Of a stretch of DNA of 64,000 nt, positions 56,330-64,000 are shown in pieces. The translations under genes were made by a program, and so were the position numbers. The stretch is from Patescibacteria group bacterium (GTDB lineage: Bacteria; Patescibacteriota; SICC01): the NCBI GenBank assembly GCA_040902515.1, contig JBBDXB010000006.1, forward strand, positions 499,419 to 563,418, in the 5' to 3' direction. Position 1 is the first letter of the stretch; every line of letters begins with the position of its first letter. A model generated the notes under the pieces. The model was given only the letters and a program-made list of their open reading frames with translations, did no database searches and was not told the origin of the DNA.

Positions 56330-57101
56330 TCCGAAGAAAGGATACACACGCACGCGCAATGTGTTCGACCCTGAGTCAGCTGATACGTATAAACTGTCTA
56401 GATCAAAGCTTGAGAACTTCATACGATGTCCTCGTTGTTTCTATCTTGATCGCCGACTCGGAGTAGGACAGCCGCAAGGCCCGCCGTTTCTACTGAACTC
56501 AGCGGTGGACGAGCTGCTGAAAAAGGAATTCGACCGACATCGGAAAGCTCAGACCAAGCACAAGATTTGCGAGCAATTCGGGGTGGACGCGATCCCACTC
56601 AATCACGAGAAGCTCGATATTTGGAGACACAACTTCGCCGGGCTGGAAACACTACATAAGCCAACGAACTTATTGATTTTCGGGGCGGTGGACGACATCT
56701 GGGTCAACCCGGCCGGGGAGTGGATTGTGGTCGACTATAAGGCCACCTCAAAGCGTGCTGAGATCACACTGGATACCAAGTGGGGCAAAGGCTACAAGAG
56801 ACAGTTAGAGATTTACCAGTGGATATTGAAGCAAAACGGCGAGCCCGTCTCGGAGACCGCATACATCCTGTACTGCAATAACATTCTTGATCGGGAAGAC
56901 TTCGATAATCGCCTCGATTTTGAGGTAAGCATGTTCAAGCACGAAGGCGATACCTCGTGGGTCGAGCCGAAGATTATCGAGGCTCATAAGGCTCTAGTTT
57001 CTGGTCAAATCCCCTCGCCAGCCGAAGACTGCGAGTATTGTGCTTACCGAGAAGCCGCGAGATTAAAGGAAGTCGATGTCACCAAAGAAATCAATCAGTG
57101 A
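56310..57101 (+). CDS. RecB-like PD-(D/E)XK nuclease
   Basis: LSRSKL...CPRCFY, GAVDD..VDYK, QLEIY and CEYC motifs. Confidence 0.85.
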   Translation: MPNPKPSPKKGYTRTRNVFDPESADTYKLSRSKLENFIRCPRCFYLDRRLGVGQPQGPPFLLNSAVDELLKKEFDRHRKAQTKHKICEQFGVDAIPLNHEKLDIWRHNFAGLETLHKPTNLLIFGAVDDIWVNPAGEWIVVDYKATSKRAEITLDTKWGKGYKRQLEIYQWILKQNGEPVSETAYILYCNNILDREDFDNRLDFEVSMFKHEGDTSWVEPKIIEAHKALVSGQIPSPAEDCEYCAYREAARLKEVDVTKEINQ

Positions 57102-58008
57102 CCTCTCGGGCGAACTGAGGGAAGTAATCAATAGCAGTATTTCCCTGCGCAATCAGGTGTACCAACAGAAAGCAAAGGGAGCGTGGGATCGGCTTTGGGC
57201 TTCAATGGATGCGCTTGACGATGCACAACTCGCAATCGAGAAGTTCCAAAAAGCGTCCTCAATATCATATCTGGAGTTATACGGACTCCTGCAAGCTTTC
57301 ATTGTTCAACAGGATAGCGTTAATCACATACGGCAGACGACCCTTAATGCACCTCTGATTAAATGGGATAAAGCAGAGCCGAAACTTAATCAGATACGGT
57401 ATTTGAGAAACGAAACAGTTGGTCACCCGACTGACATTCGAACAGGCAAGACGATAGTCTACTGCAATATAAACCGCAGGTCGGTATCTAAAACGAGCTT
57501 CGAGTACATGATTTGGAGTCAGGCCGGAGCGCAACACAAAACCGTCGATGTGACTGATGTAATCAAAACGCAAGATGTCGAAGTCGCGCGCCTAATTAGG
57601 AAAATCATCGCTGACATTAAAGCGCATGAAGTTAGGTTTAAGAAGCAGTTTTCGGGAAAAAAATTGAAAACCGACTACTCGCAGATTAGTCACTACGAGT
57701 TCGAAAAACTTTATCTGTACCAAAACAACCCTGAAATTGCACAGATTATGTTCGGTTTAATAAAAAAGAAGTATGCAGAACTCCGGACTGAACTGGCAAA
57801 ACGCTACGGCGACTTTAGCACCACTATTAACGTCGGAGGTCTCAAAATTGTAATCGACGAACTGGACGAACTTGTTAAACGGGTTGGGACAAAATTGAAC
57901 GAAGGTGTCCCTGACGCCTTTGATTTCAATGTTTATGTCGAAAACCTAGATAGTAAATGGAAAGAACTGGGCGAAATGATCGATGAAACAGACGAGAAGT
58001 TTAGCTGA
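57076..58008 (+). CDS. Hypothetical protein with HEPN-like RNETVGH motif
   Basis: Helical protein with an Rx5H motif (RYLRNETVGHP). Confidence 0.6.
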   Translation: MSPKKSISDLSGELREVINSSISLRNQVYQQKAKGAWDRLWASMDALDDAQLAIEKFQKASSISYLELYGLLQAFIVQQDSVNHIRQTTLNAPLIKWDKAEPKLNQIRYLRNETVGHPTDIRTGKTIVYCNINRRSVSKTSFEYMIWSQAGAQHKTVDVTDVIKTQDVEVARLIRKIIADIKAHEVRFKKQFSGKKLKTDYSQISHYEFEKLYLYQNNPEIAQIMFGLIKKKYAELRTELAKRYGDFSTTINVGGLKIVIDELDELVKRVGTKLNEGVPDAFDFNVYVENLDSKWKELGEMIDETDEKFS

Positions 58009-58072
58009 TTATGGATTCATGCAAGGCGCGGAGTCATGGCTGCGGACTTAACGAAGGGGTAACCTTATAGCA

Positions 58073-59908
58073 ATGCGGGAAATTCATGGTGACGCAAAAA
58101 CCGTTCGGGACCTACTCAAAGGGGTTAAGTACTCCATTGACTACTACCAGCGTGAGTACAAGTGGGGCGGGAAACAGCTTCGCGAGCTTATCGATGACCT
58201 GAGTGGTAAGTTTTTGGAAGTCCACAAACCGGGCAACGACCGCAAGAAAGTTTCCGAATACCCCCACTACTTTCTCGGTTCGATCATCATCAGCAAAAAA
58301 GAGAGTGCGAATTATGTCGTGGACGGTCAGCAGCGTCTAACGACGTTGACCCTTCTCCTGATTTACCTAAGAAACCTCCAACGCGAGCGTGACGATAAGG
58401 TTTCGATTGACGAATTGGTCGCTTCCGAAACCTACGGCGAACAGTCATTCAACATCGAGGTAGACGAACGCATCCCGGTAATGGACGCGTTGTTTAGCAA
58501 TAAATCATTTGATGCGACTGACCGATCAGAGTCAGTACAGAACATCCTTAAAAGGTACGAGGAACTCGATGACGCTTTTCCCGAAGAACTGCGCGAAGAC
58601 GCGCTTCCGTATTTCATAGACTGGCTTCAGCAGAATGTTCATTTTGTGGAAATTACCGCGTATTCCGACGACGACGCCTACACGATTTTCGAAACGATGA
58701 ACGATCGCGGCCTTTCCCTGTCCCCGACGGACATGTTGAAAGGTTATTTGCTCGCGAATGTAGACAGATCCAAGCGTAATACCGCAAATGATTTTTGGCG
58801 CAAACGCATGAGCGAGTTAACCGATGTGGGTAAGGAAGCTGAGGCAGATTTCTTCAAGGCATGGTTGAGGAGCCAATACGCAACCAAGATCCGCGAGCGA
58901 AAACGGGGTGCTACTCCCGAGGACTTTGACCGGATTGGTACCGAGTTCCACCGGTGGTTGAGAGATGCCAGCAAGAAAATCGGCTTGGAACAAGACGACG
59001 ATTTCTATCAATTGATTGACCGGAACCTCAACTTCTACAGCCGACAGTATCTCGAATTGATGCGGGCGTCCCGGGAGCCAGTTGAGGGACTAGAACATGT
59101 ACTTTATAACGCCCACCATGGGTTCACCCTTCAATACATGTTGTTGTTAGCCCCGCTCACTCCAGACGACACTGACGAAGTAGCTCGGCAAAAACAGCGA
59201 CTAGTTGGGCAGTTCGTGGACATACTGATTACTCGAAGAATTTGGAATTTCCGATCCATCTCATATTCAACAATGCAGTACGCCATGTTCCTTGTTATGC
59301 GGAGCATACGAGGTCTCGAGCCCGACCAACTTGGGGAGACGTTAAAAAAGGCGCTTGGTGAGCAGGACGAGACTTTCTCAACCCAAGAAGACCTTTACCT
59401 ACATCAACAGAACCGGAGGGCTCTGCATCGGGTTCTGGCGCGCCTTGCTGACAGCGTAGAGGTTGGCTCGGGGCAACCGACGCAGTATATGAATTTTGTC
59501 AGTGACACCGGAAAAGACAGGTTCGAAGTAGAGCATATTTGGGCCGACAAATACGATCGGCATAAGGAAGCGTTTGCACACCCCAAAGACTTTGCAGATT
59601 ATCGTAATCGCATCGGCGGTCTCTTGCTCTTGCCAAAGAGTTTCAATGCTAGCTACGGTGATTTGGCATACGAGAAGAAACTCCCTCACTATCTGACTCA
59701 AAACCTACTTGCCCGGTCGCTGCACCCGCAGTGCTATGAGCGCAATCCTGGCTTTATAAAATTCGTGAAAGAAACCGGGTTGCCGTTCCGGGCTCACGAA
59801 AAATTTACGAAGGAAGATCTCGACGCGCGAGGAGCCCTCTATCGACAGCTTGCAGAATACGTATGGAACCCCAATAAGCTGATAGGTGATGACGTTAGCG
59901 GATCTTAA
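58073..59908 (+). CDS. DUF262 + DUF1524 (GmrSD-type modification-dependent nuclease family)
   Basis: YQREYKW, DGQQRLTT and FETMNDRG motifs; C-terminal EHIW...IGGLLLL...N. Confidence 0.9.
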   Translation: MREIHGDAKTVRDLLKGVKYSIDYYQREYKWGGKQLRELIDDLSGKFLEVHKPGNDRKKVSEYPHYFLGSIIISKKESANYVVDGQQRLTTLTLLLIYLRNLQRERDDKVSIDELVASETYGEQSFNIEVDERIPVMDALFSNKSFDATDRSESVQNILKRYEELDDAFPEELREDALPYFIDWLQQNVHFVEITAYSDDDAYTIFETMNDRGLSLSPTDMLKGYLLANVDRSKRNTANDFWRKRMSELTDVGKEAEADFFKAWLRSQYATKIRERKRGATPEDFDRIGTEFHRWLRDASKKIGLEQDDDFYQLIDRNLNFYSRQYLELMRASREPVEGLEHVLYNAHHGFTLQYMLLLAPLTPDDTDEVARQKQRLVGQFVDILITRRIWNFRSISYSTMQYAMFLVMRSIRGLEPDQLGETLKKALGEQDETFSTQEDLYLHQQNRRALHRVLARLADSVEVGSGQPTQYMNFVSDTGKDRFEVEHIWADKYDRHKEAFAHPKDFADYRNRIGGLLLLPKSFNASYGDLAYEKKLPHYLTQNLLARSLHPQCYERNPGFIKFVKETGLPFRAHEKFTKEDLDARGALYRQLAEYVWNPNKLIGDDVSGS

Positions 59909-60182
59909 GAGACGCCTTCGTCAAACGAAGTTCCGGTTCGCAAAAACCTATAGCGATACGTACCCCCACGAGTACCTGGTCAAAGAATTGGATGCTGCCC
60001 TCTTTGATGAAATGGCGAAGTTGATTGACGGGAAGGGCTACAAATCCGACTTCCACGGTCAGGAACATACGTACCTAGAGCTTGATGGTTACAAGTACTG
60101 GCACTATGAAACTATCCTTAACAGGGAGCCCCTGAAGGGGTACAAGGATGTAGAGAAGGAGTTAAATGCATCTGACCGATGA
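59889..60182 (+). CDS. Small hypothetical protein (FAKTY...PHEY...YKYW)
   Basis: Overlaps both neighbours in the operon and has a conserved-looking aromatic motif. Confidence 0.7.
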   Translation: MTLADLKRRLRQTKFRFAKTYSDTYPHEYLVKELDAALFDEMAKLIDGKGYKSDFHGQEHTYLELDGYKYWHYETILNREPLKGYKDVEKELNASDR

Positions 60183-60423
60183 AGACATAGACGGGTTCCG
60201 CCGTATCTATAAGAAGCGGTTTGGCGAAGACATAAGCCGGGAAGAAGCACGGGAGGAGGGATCAAGCCTGCTTCGTCTGATGAAAGTCGTCTACAAACCA
60301 GTCACGCAGGAGCAGGTGGATAGCCTCCGTGAGCGCGATATGAAGCGAGTGGACGAAGCCTACGACTTTATCTTCGCAAAGGCTTTGAAAGAGAAGAAGA
60401 GTGAGTCAAATGCTGACGATTGA
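60166..60423 (+). CDS. Small element-associated protein (paralog of 44269-44460)
   Basis: MHLTDEDIDGFRRIYKKRFGEDISREEAREEG..VYKPVT; AAGGAG SD. Confidence 0.75.
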   Translation: MHLTDEDIDGFRRIYKKRFGEDISREEAREEGSSLLRLMKVVYKPVTQEQVDSLRERDMKRVDEAYDFIFAKALKEKKSESNADD

Positions 60424-60550
60424 AGAATGTCGGAAACACCTCCGGGACGACCGGGATCTCACCGACGAACAGGTTCTCGAGCTTCGAGATGCTCTCTATC
60501 ACCTGATTGAAACTGTTTGGGACGAGAAGCTTGGAGACAAGTCTGACTGA
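60410..60550 (+). CDS. Small hypothetical protein (46 aa), absent from the ORF track
   Basis: MLTIEECRKHLRDDRDLTDEQVLELRDALYHLIETVWDEKLGDKSD; overlaps the upstream gene. Confidence 0.6.
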   Translation: MLTIEECRKHLRDDRDLTDEQVLELRDALYHLIETVWDEKLGDKSD

Positions 60551-61180
60551 CCTGTTAGGTAAAAGTGACCCCTCTATAGGAGAGCCGTTTTACCGCACCC
60601 TATCCTAAAATTTTTTCACAGATTTCTAAGACGGCCAGGTGACAGGGGGAGGAGAGAGAAAGGGGGGATAGGGGTAGTTACGTACAAATGTGACGTTATC
60701 TACTAGAAATTCCTGTTCCTAGCACGCGCAGTGCTAACCGATCATGAATTTCGGTAACTACGCCCGAGGGGAAAGGCGGGCAGGGGGAGACGCGAGATAG
60801 AGAATGCCATAGCCCTTTCGCTACTTCAGGCGTGAATTCTTCCCGTTTTGTTAGCCTCAGTCACTAAAAAGAGTGAATTAGGGTCGATCACCCACGCATG
60901 GCGGTGTTACCTTACAGTGCGTAGTGGTTCACCGTTGGCGTTACTGGCTTCGAGCGGGGCTAGGTGCGGGCTTCCCGGGAAGGGGGAGGGGCGAGAGACA
61001 TGGTAGATGGGACACTTTACGCACGAAAGTAACGCTCTTTCGGGAAGCTGCCGCCAAGAAAAAGGCTACTTTGCACCCCATGCCGCCGCACCCACCTAGG
61101 CTCTTACCCTTATCACTCACGCATAGCATCTGCCTTCAACCACACCTGCGGCCTGACTCACCGCGCTGCAGTAAACTGGA

Positions 61181-62011
61181 GTGACTTTGGACAACCTCGA
61201 AGAAAACACGCTCTACATCTACACTGATGGCTCTTCGCCTAGCTCGCCCCGGGTCGGAGGGATTGGGATTGTCTTTGCGTGGATCCGGCCGGACGGGACG
61301 GTCGGAGAGTACAAAGACGAACAAGAGGCCTATCGAAGCGGGACAAACAACCAAATGGAGCTGGAAGCTGGCCTGCACGGATTGCGGGAGTTCGACAGGG
61401 CGAGGTTTCCGATAGACGTGCGGGCTGAGATCTCTTCCCATTCGAGGATTGTCATCAGGTCGGACTCCAACTATGTGGTCGAGAACTTCTACCGCGCCTT
61501 CTCCGAGTGGTCTGGGTCTTGGCTGAAAAGATCCGGTGAGCCGGTAGCGAACCCTGAACAGTGGAAGGCGCTGGTGAGGATGGTAAGGCGACTCCAGCGC
61601 AAGAGTGTCAGCGTGCGGGTAGAAAAAGTGAAAGGCCATAGTAGAAGCGTACTCAACCGGAAAGCTCACAAAATGGCCGGGAGGTCAGCCAGGAGGAAAC
61701 CTACTAAGCAAGTCAGTCACATTCGAGTACGGAGGAAGCAGGGTAAAAAATCGGTCGACTCGAAATTGGTTCCGATGCTCGGCCAGAGGATAACCATCTA
61801 CATCGTTACCGACACGTACCTGAAGCCCTCCAAGAGATATCGTTACAAATACCAGGTGAGATCGAGGGGAAAGTTCTTCCACCAGACTGCCCTCGCTCAC
61901 TCAAAGGTGATGATGAGTGCCGGACATACTTATCGGGTTCGCCTTGGCGAAGATCAGAGCAATCCTACGATTGTGAAATGCTTCGGTGAGGTGCCGAAGA
62001 AAGGGAAGTAG
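61181..62011 (+). CDS. Ribonuclease HI-like protein with basic C-terminal extension
   Basis: YTDGS, TNNQMEL, SDSNYV, W...GEPVAN.EQW and VKGH motifs. Confidence 0.88.
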   Translation: MTLDNLEENTLYIYTDGSSPSSPRVGGIGIVFAWIRPDGTVGEYKDEQEAYRSGTNNQMELEAGLHGLREFDRARFPIDVRAEISSHSRIVIRSDSNYVVENFYRAFSEWSGSWLKRSGEPVANPEQWKALVRMVRRLQRKSVSVRVEKVKGHSRSVLNRKAHKMAGRSARRKPTKQVSHIRVRRKQGKKSVDSKLVPMLGQRITIYIVTDTYLKPSKRYRYKYQVRSRGKFFHQTALAHSKVMMSAGHTYRVRLGEDQSNPTIVKCFGEVPKKGK

Positions 62012-62061
62012 CTGTACTCTTAGCGTAGAATTGCTTTAGCGCAGTTCGAACGTCCTCTACG

Positions 62062-62073
62062 CACCCCTGCCAA
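62062..62073 (+). repeat. attR core CACCCCTGCCAA
   Basis: Exact copy of the tRNA-Trp 3' end, preceded by an arm that is an imperfect inverted repeat of the attL arm. Confidence 0.8.
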
Positions 62074-62446
62074 CATCACTGGCAATCCGAGTAGCGGTGC
62101 TCACAGTATGATGTTCGCGATATAATGTCGCCGAAAGGAAAAAATGAAAAGAAAGTTACAATGGAGCAGGGCATATCAAAGGCTCAGGGGCTACAAAAAG
62201 ATCCCCAGTCTTCAAGTTCCCGATGTGTTAGTTGTGGACCCTCTGTACGTGCTCGACCCCATTACTCCAAAGGTTCTCTGCTTCCTCAGGAAGGAGTGGA
62301 AGTGGCTCGCAGGATTTTCACTTGCGCTCTTTAGTCTTGCGTTGAACTAAACAAACCGCCGAGTAGCCTGTCTATCCTCAATCCCAACTCCCCGGCGCGT
62401 CCCAAAGATTATTGAACTATTGCTGAAGCTTGGTGAGACCGGCTAC

Positions 62447-62734
62447 TTACTGATTTACGACAGTGAGAGCAAATATAAGCCCAATTAGGAAAAGGCCAAT
62501 CAAGAGTCCAGAAAGAATAGTTACCGTAAGGTTTAAACCTTTTGAGATTCTGTTTCCTTTAGCTCGCGATATAGCTGCCGTTCCTAATAAAACACTAACG
62601 ACCAGATATAGAAAAGATATTTCTGGTCGGCTATCGCCCAGAGAGCCTACCGCAGTTAGAAGCGCTAATGCTGCCGCGATCAAAGGAAGTGCAGCAGATG
62701 GCTTTCGGGTCGGTGAAAGTGAAGATTCTTTCAT
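62447..62734 (-). CDS. Small membrane protein
   Basis: Three hydrophobic segments after MKESS. Confidence 0.6.
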   Translation of the reverse strand: MKESSLSPTRKPSAALPLIAAALALLTAVGSLGDSRPEISFLYLVVSVLLGTAAISRAKGNRISKGLNLTVTILSGLLIGLFLIGLIFALTVVNQ

Positions 62735-62809
62735 TGTGCGTTTAGAGTAGCATGGATTCTGGACCCGACTGCCCTGCCGAATCACAAGCTCAAAGGTTTC
62801 AGTTAGGAT

Positions 62810-63094
62810 ATGCATATGCGCGACATTAAACGCGGCGGAGCTAATCCAGGTCACGACGGCGACCTTCCAGAAGGCAGTTCGGGATTCGATGGGCGTGATG
62901 ACCACGTTGACTACTTGGATTGGACCGACAACGAGCCGGGGCAGCCAAGGACCACGCTATTTGTCGGTGGACGCTCACATGTCGATCCTGACCGCCGGTA
63001 TCTCACTGTCAGCGACATAGATGGCGATCAAAGCAAGCTCGATCAGGGTGCCCGTGACGTGTTAGAGGCTTTCGGATTACTTAGAGACTCTTAA
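62810..63094 (+). CDS. Hypothetical protein
   Basis: 94-aa acidic ORF with AGGA SD. Confidence 0.5.
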   Translation: MHMRDIKRGGANPGHDGDLPEGSSGFDGRDDHVDYLDWTDNEPGQPRTTLFVGGRSHVDPDRRYLTVSDIDGDQSKLDQGARDVLEAFGLLRDS

Positions 63095-63194
63095 GAGTCA
63101 GTCCCTGGTTGTGCAGTAACATTCCTGATCGAACTTGCCCGTGACCCAAGGGAACGAGCTTGAAGGTCTGGGCAAGTAGTGGAATCCTAAGCCC

Positions 63195-63824
63195 ATGGAC
63201 TTACTTGGAATATTCCTGACGGTTGCACTGGTTCATCTACTGGCTGTCATGAGCCCCGGTCCGGATTTTGTAATGCTTACTGGCAACACCGTTCGTTACT
63301 CACGGAGAACGGGGGTGCTTACAGCTGCAGGTCTCGGTCTTGGTATTCTTGTTCATGTTACCTACTCTCTAGTTGGCATAGGGCTGCTGGTTTCACAGTC
63401 AATTCTGCTTTTCACGATTATCAAATATGTTGGCGCCGCTTACCTGGTCTACATCGGATACAAGGCACTTAGGTCTGAAAGCAGTAAACGCGCTGTTGCA
63501 CGAAAGTCAGCAAGAAAAGACATATCTCCGCGCAGAGCCATTGGCATGGGTTTTATCACCAACGTCACCAACCCCAAGGCGACCCTCTTTTTCCTCAGTC
63601 TATTCTCGGTGGTGATTTCTCCAGGAACCCCTTTTTGGCTCAAGGCGGTTATGAGCATCGAGATGTCTCTTGTGACATTTGCATGGTTCGCCTTGGTTGC
63701 TGTGGTTATATCGCACCGTTTAGTAGCAAAGCGCCTTGATTCGGTTCAGCACATAGTCGAGCGAGCAATCGGCGGTGTGCTGATATTGTTAGGCCTACGC
63801 ATAGCCACGACGGCCTCCAGGTAA
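63195..63824 (+). CDS. LysE/RhtB family translocator
   Basis: SPGPDF, GAAYLVYIG and TNPKA..FF motifs. Confidence 0.93.
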   Translation: MDLLGIFLTVALVHLLAVMSPGPDFVMLTGNTVRYSRRTGVLTAAGLGLGILVHVTYSLVGIGLLVSQSILLFTIIKYVGAAYLVYIGYKALRSESSKRAVARKSARKDISPRRAIGMGFITNVTNPKATLFFLSLFSVVISPGTPFWLKAVMSIEMSLVTFAWFALVAVVISHRLVAKRLDSVQHIVERAIGGVLILLGLRIATTASR

Positions 63825-64000
63825 GTTGGCAGGTTCTGAGTGATTAAGCCGTCACGGCGAAGTATCAAAATATCCAGCCCTACCCCGACGCCTCGGTGCT
63901 TCCGCCAGCGTCTGGGTCACCTCCGCATCCGCGGTCTGTTCGAAGCCCCGATAGTACGCGCCGATTGCCCCGAGGAATCGGTCGGGTCGAATGGCGACTA

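Larger units (their letters stand above)
42534..62073. mobile_element. ~19.5-kb integrative element inserted at the tRNA-Trp 3' end
   Basis: 12-bp direct repeat CACCCCTGCCAA at both ends, a serine recombinase at the left end, an abrupt GC drop, and replication plus defence cargo. Confidence 0.85.

Noticed and set aside
56310-57101. Cas4/CRISPR association of the PD-(D/E)XK protein
   Set aside because: No repeat-spacer array or other cas genes seen anywhere in the window.

Overview
High-GC bacterial chromosome segment. The gene content and many short-branch hypothetical proteins suggest a Patescibacteria/CPR-like genome (inference). Housekeeping genes: aspS, lysA, a divergent purN, smpB, argS, a UvrD-PD-(D/E)XK fusion, rmuC, lgt-lspA-rluA-gmk, holB, rpmG, tmRNA and four tRNAs. 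There are two AT-richer accessory regions. (i) A small island at the tmRNA 3' end carries an HNH nuclease, a HEPN-like protein and two membrane proteins. (ii) A ~19.5-kb element integrated at tRNA-Trp is bounded by a 12-bp direct repeat (42534-42545 / 62062-62073). It carries a large serine recombinase, a minimal replication module and a multi-nuclease defence cassette. The most notable observations are three. First, a ~600-nt promoter-to-terminator, multi-arm structured non-coding RNA candidate with A/C-rich loops (35671-36299) that resembles no family I recognise. Second, an att core inside the recombinase ORF, so integration and excision swap the recombinase C-terminal tail. Third, interleaved long inverted repeats forming a putative two-state RNA switch over the recombinase ribosome-binding site. 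All family assignments come from motif recognition by eye; no database searches were run.
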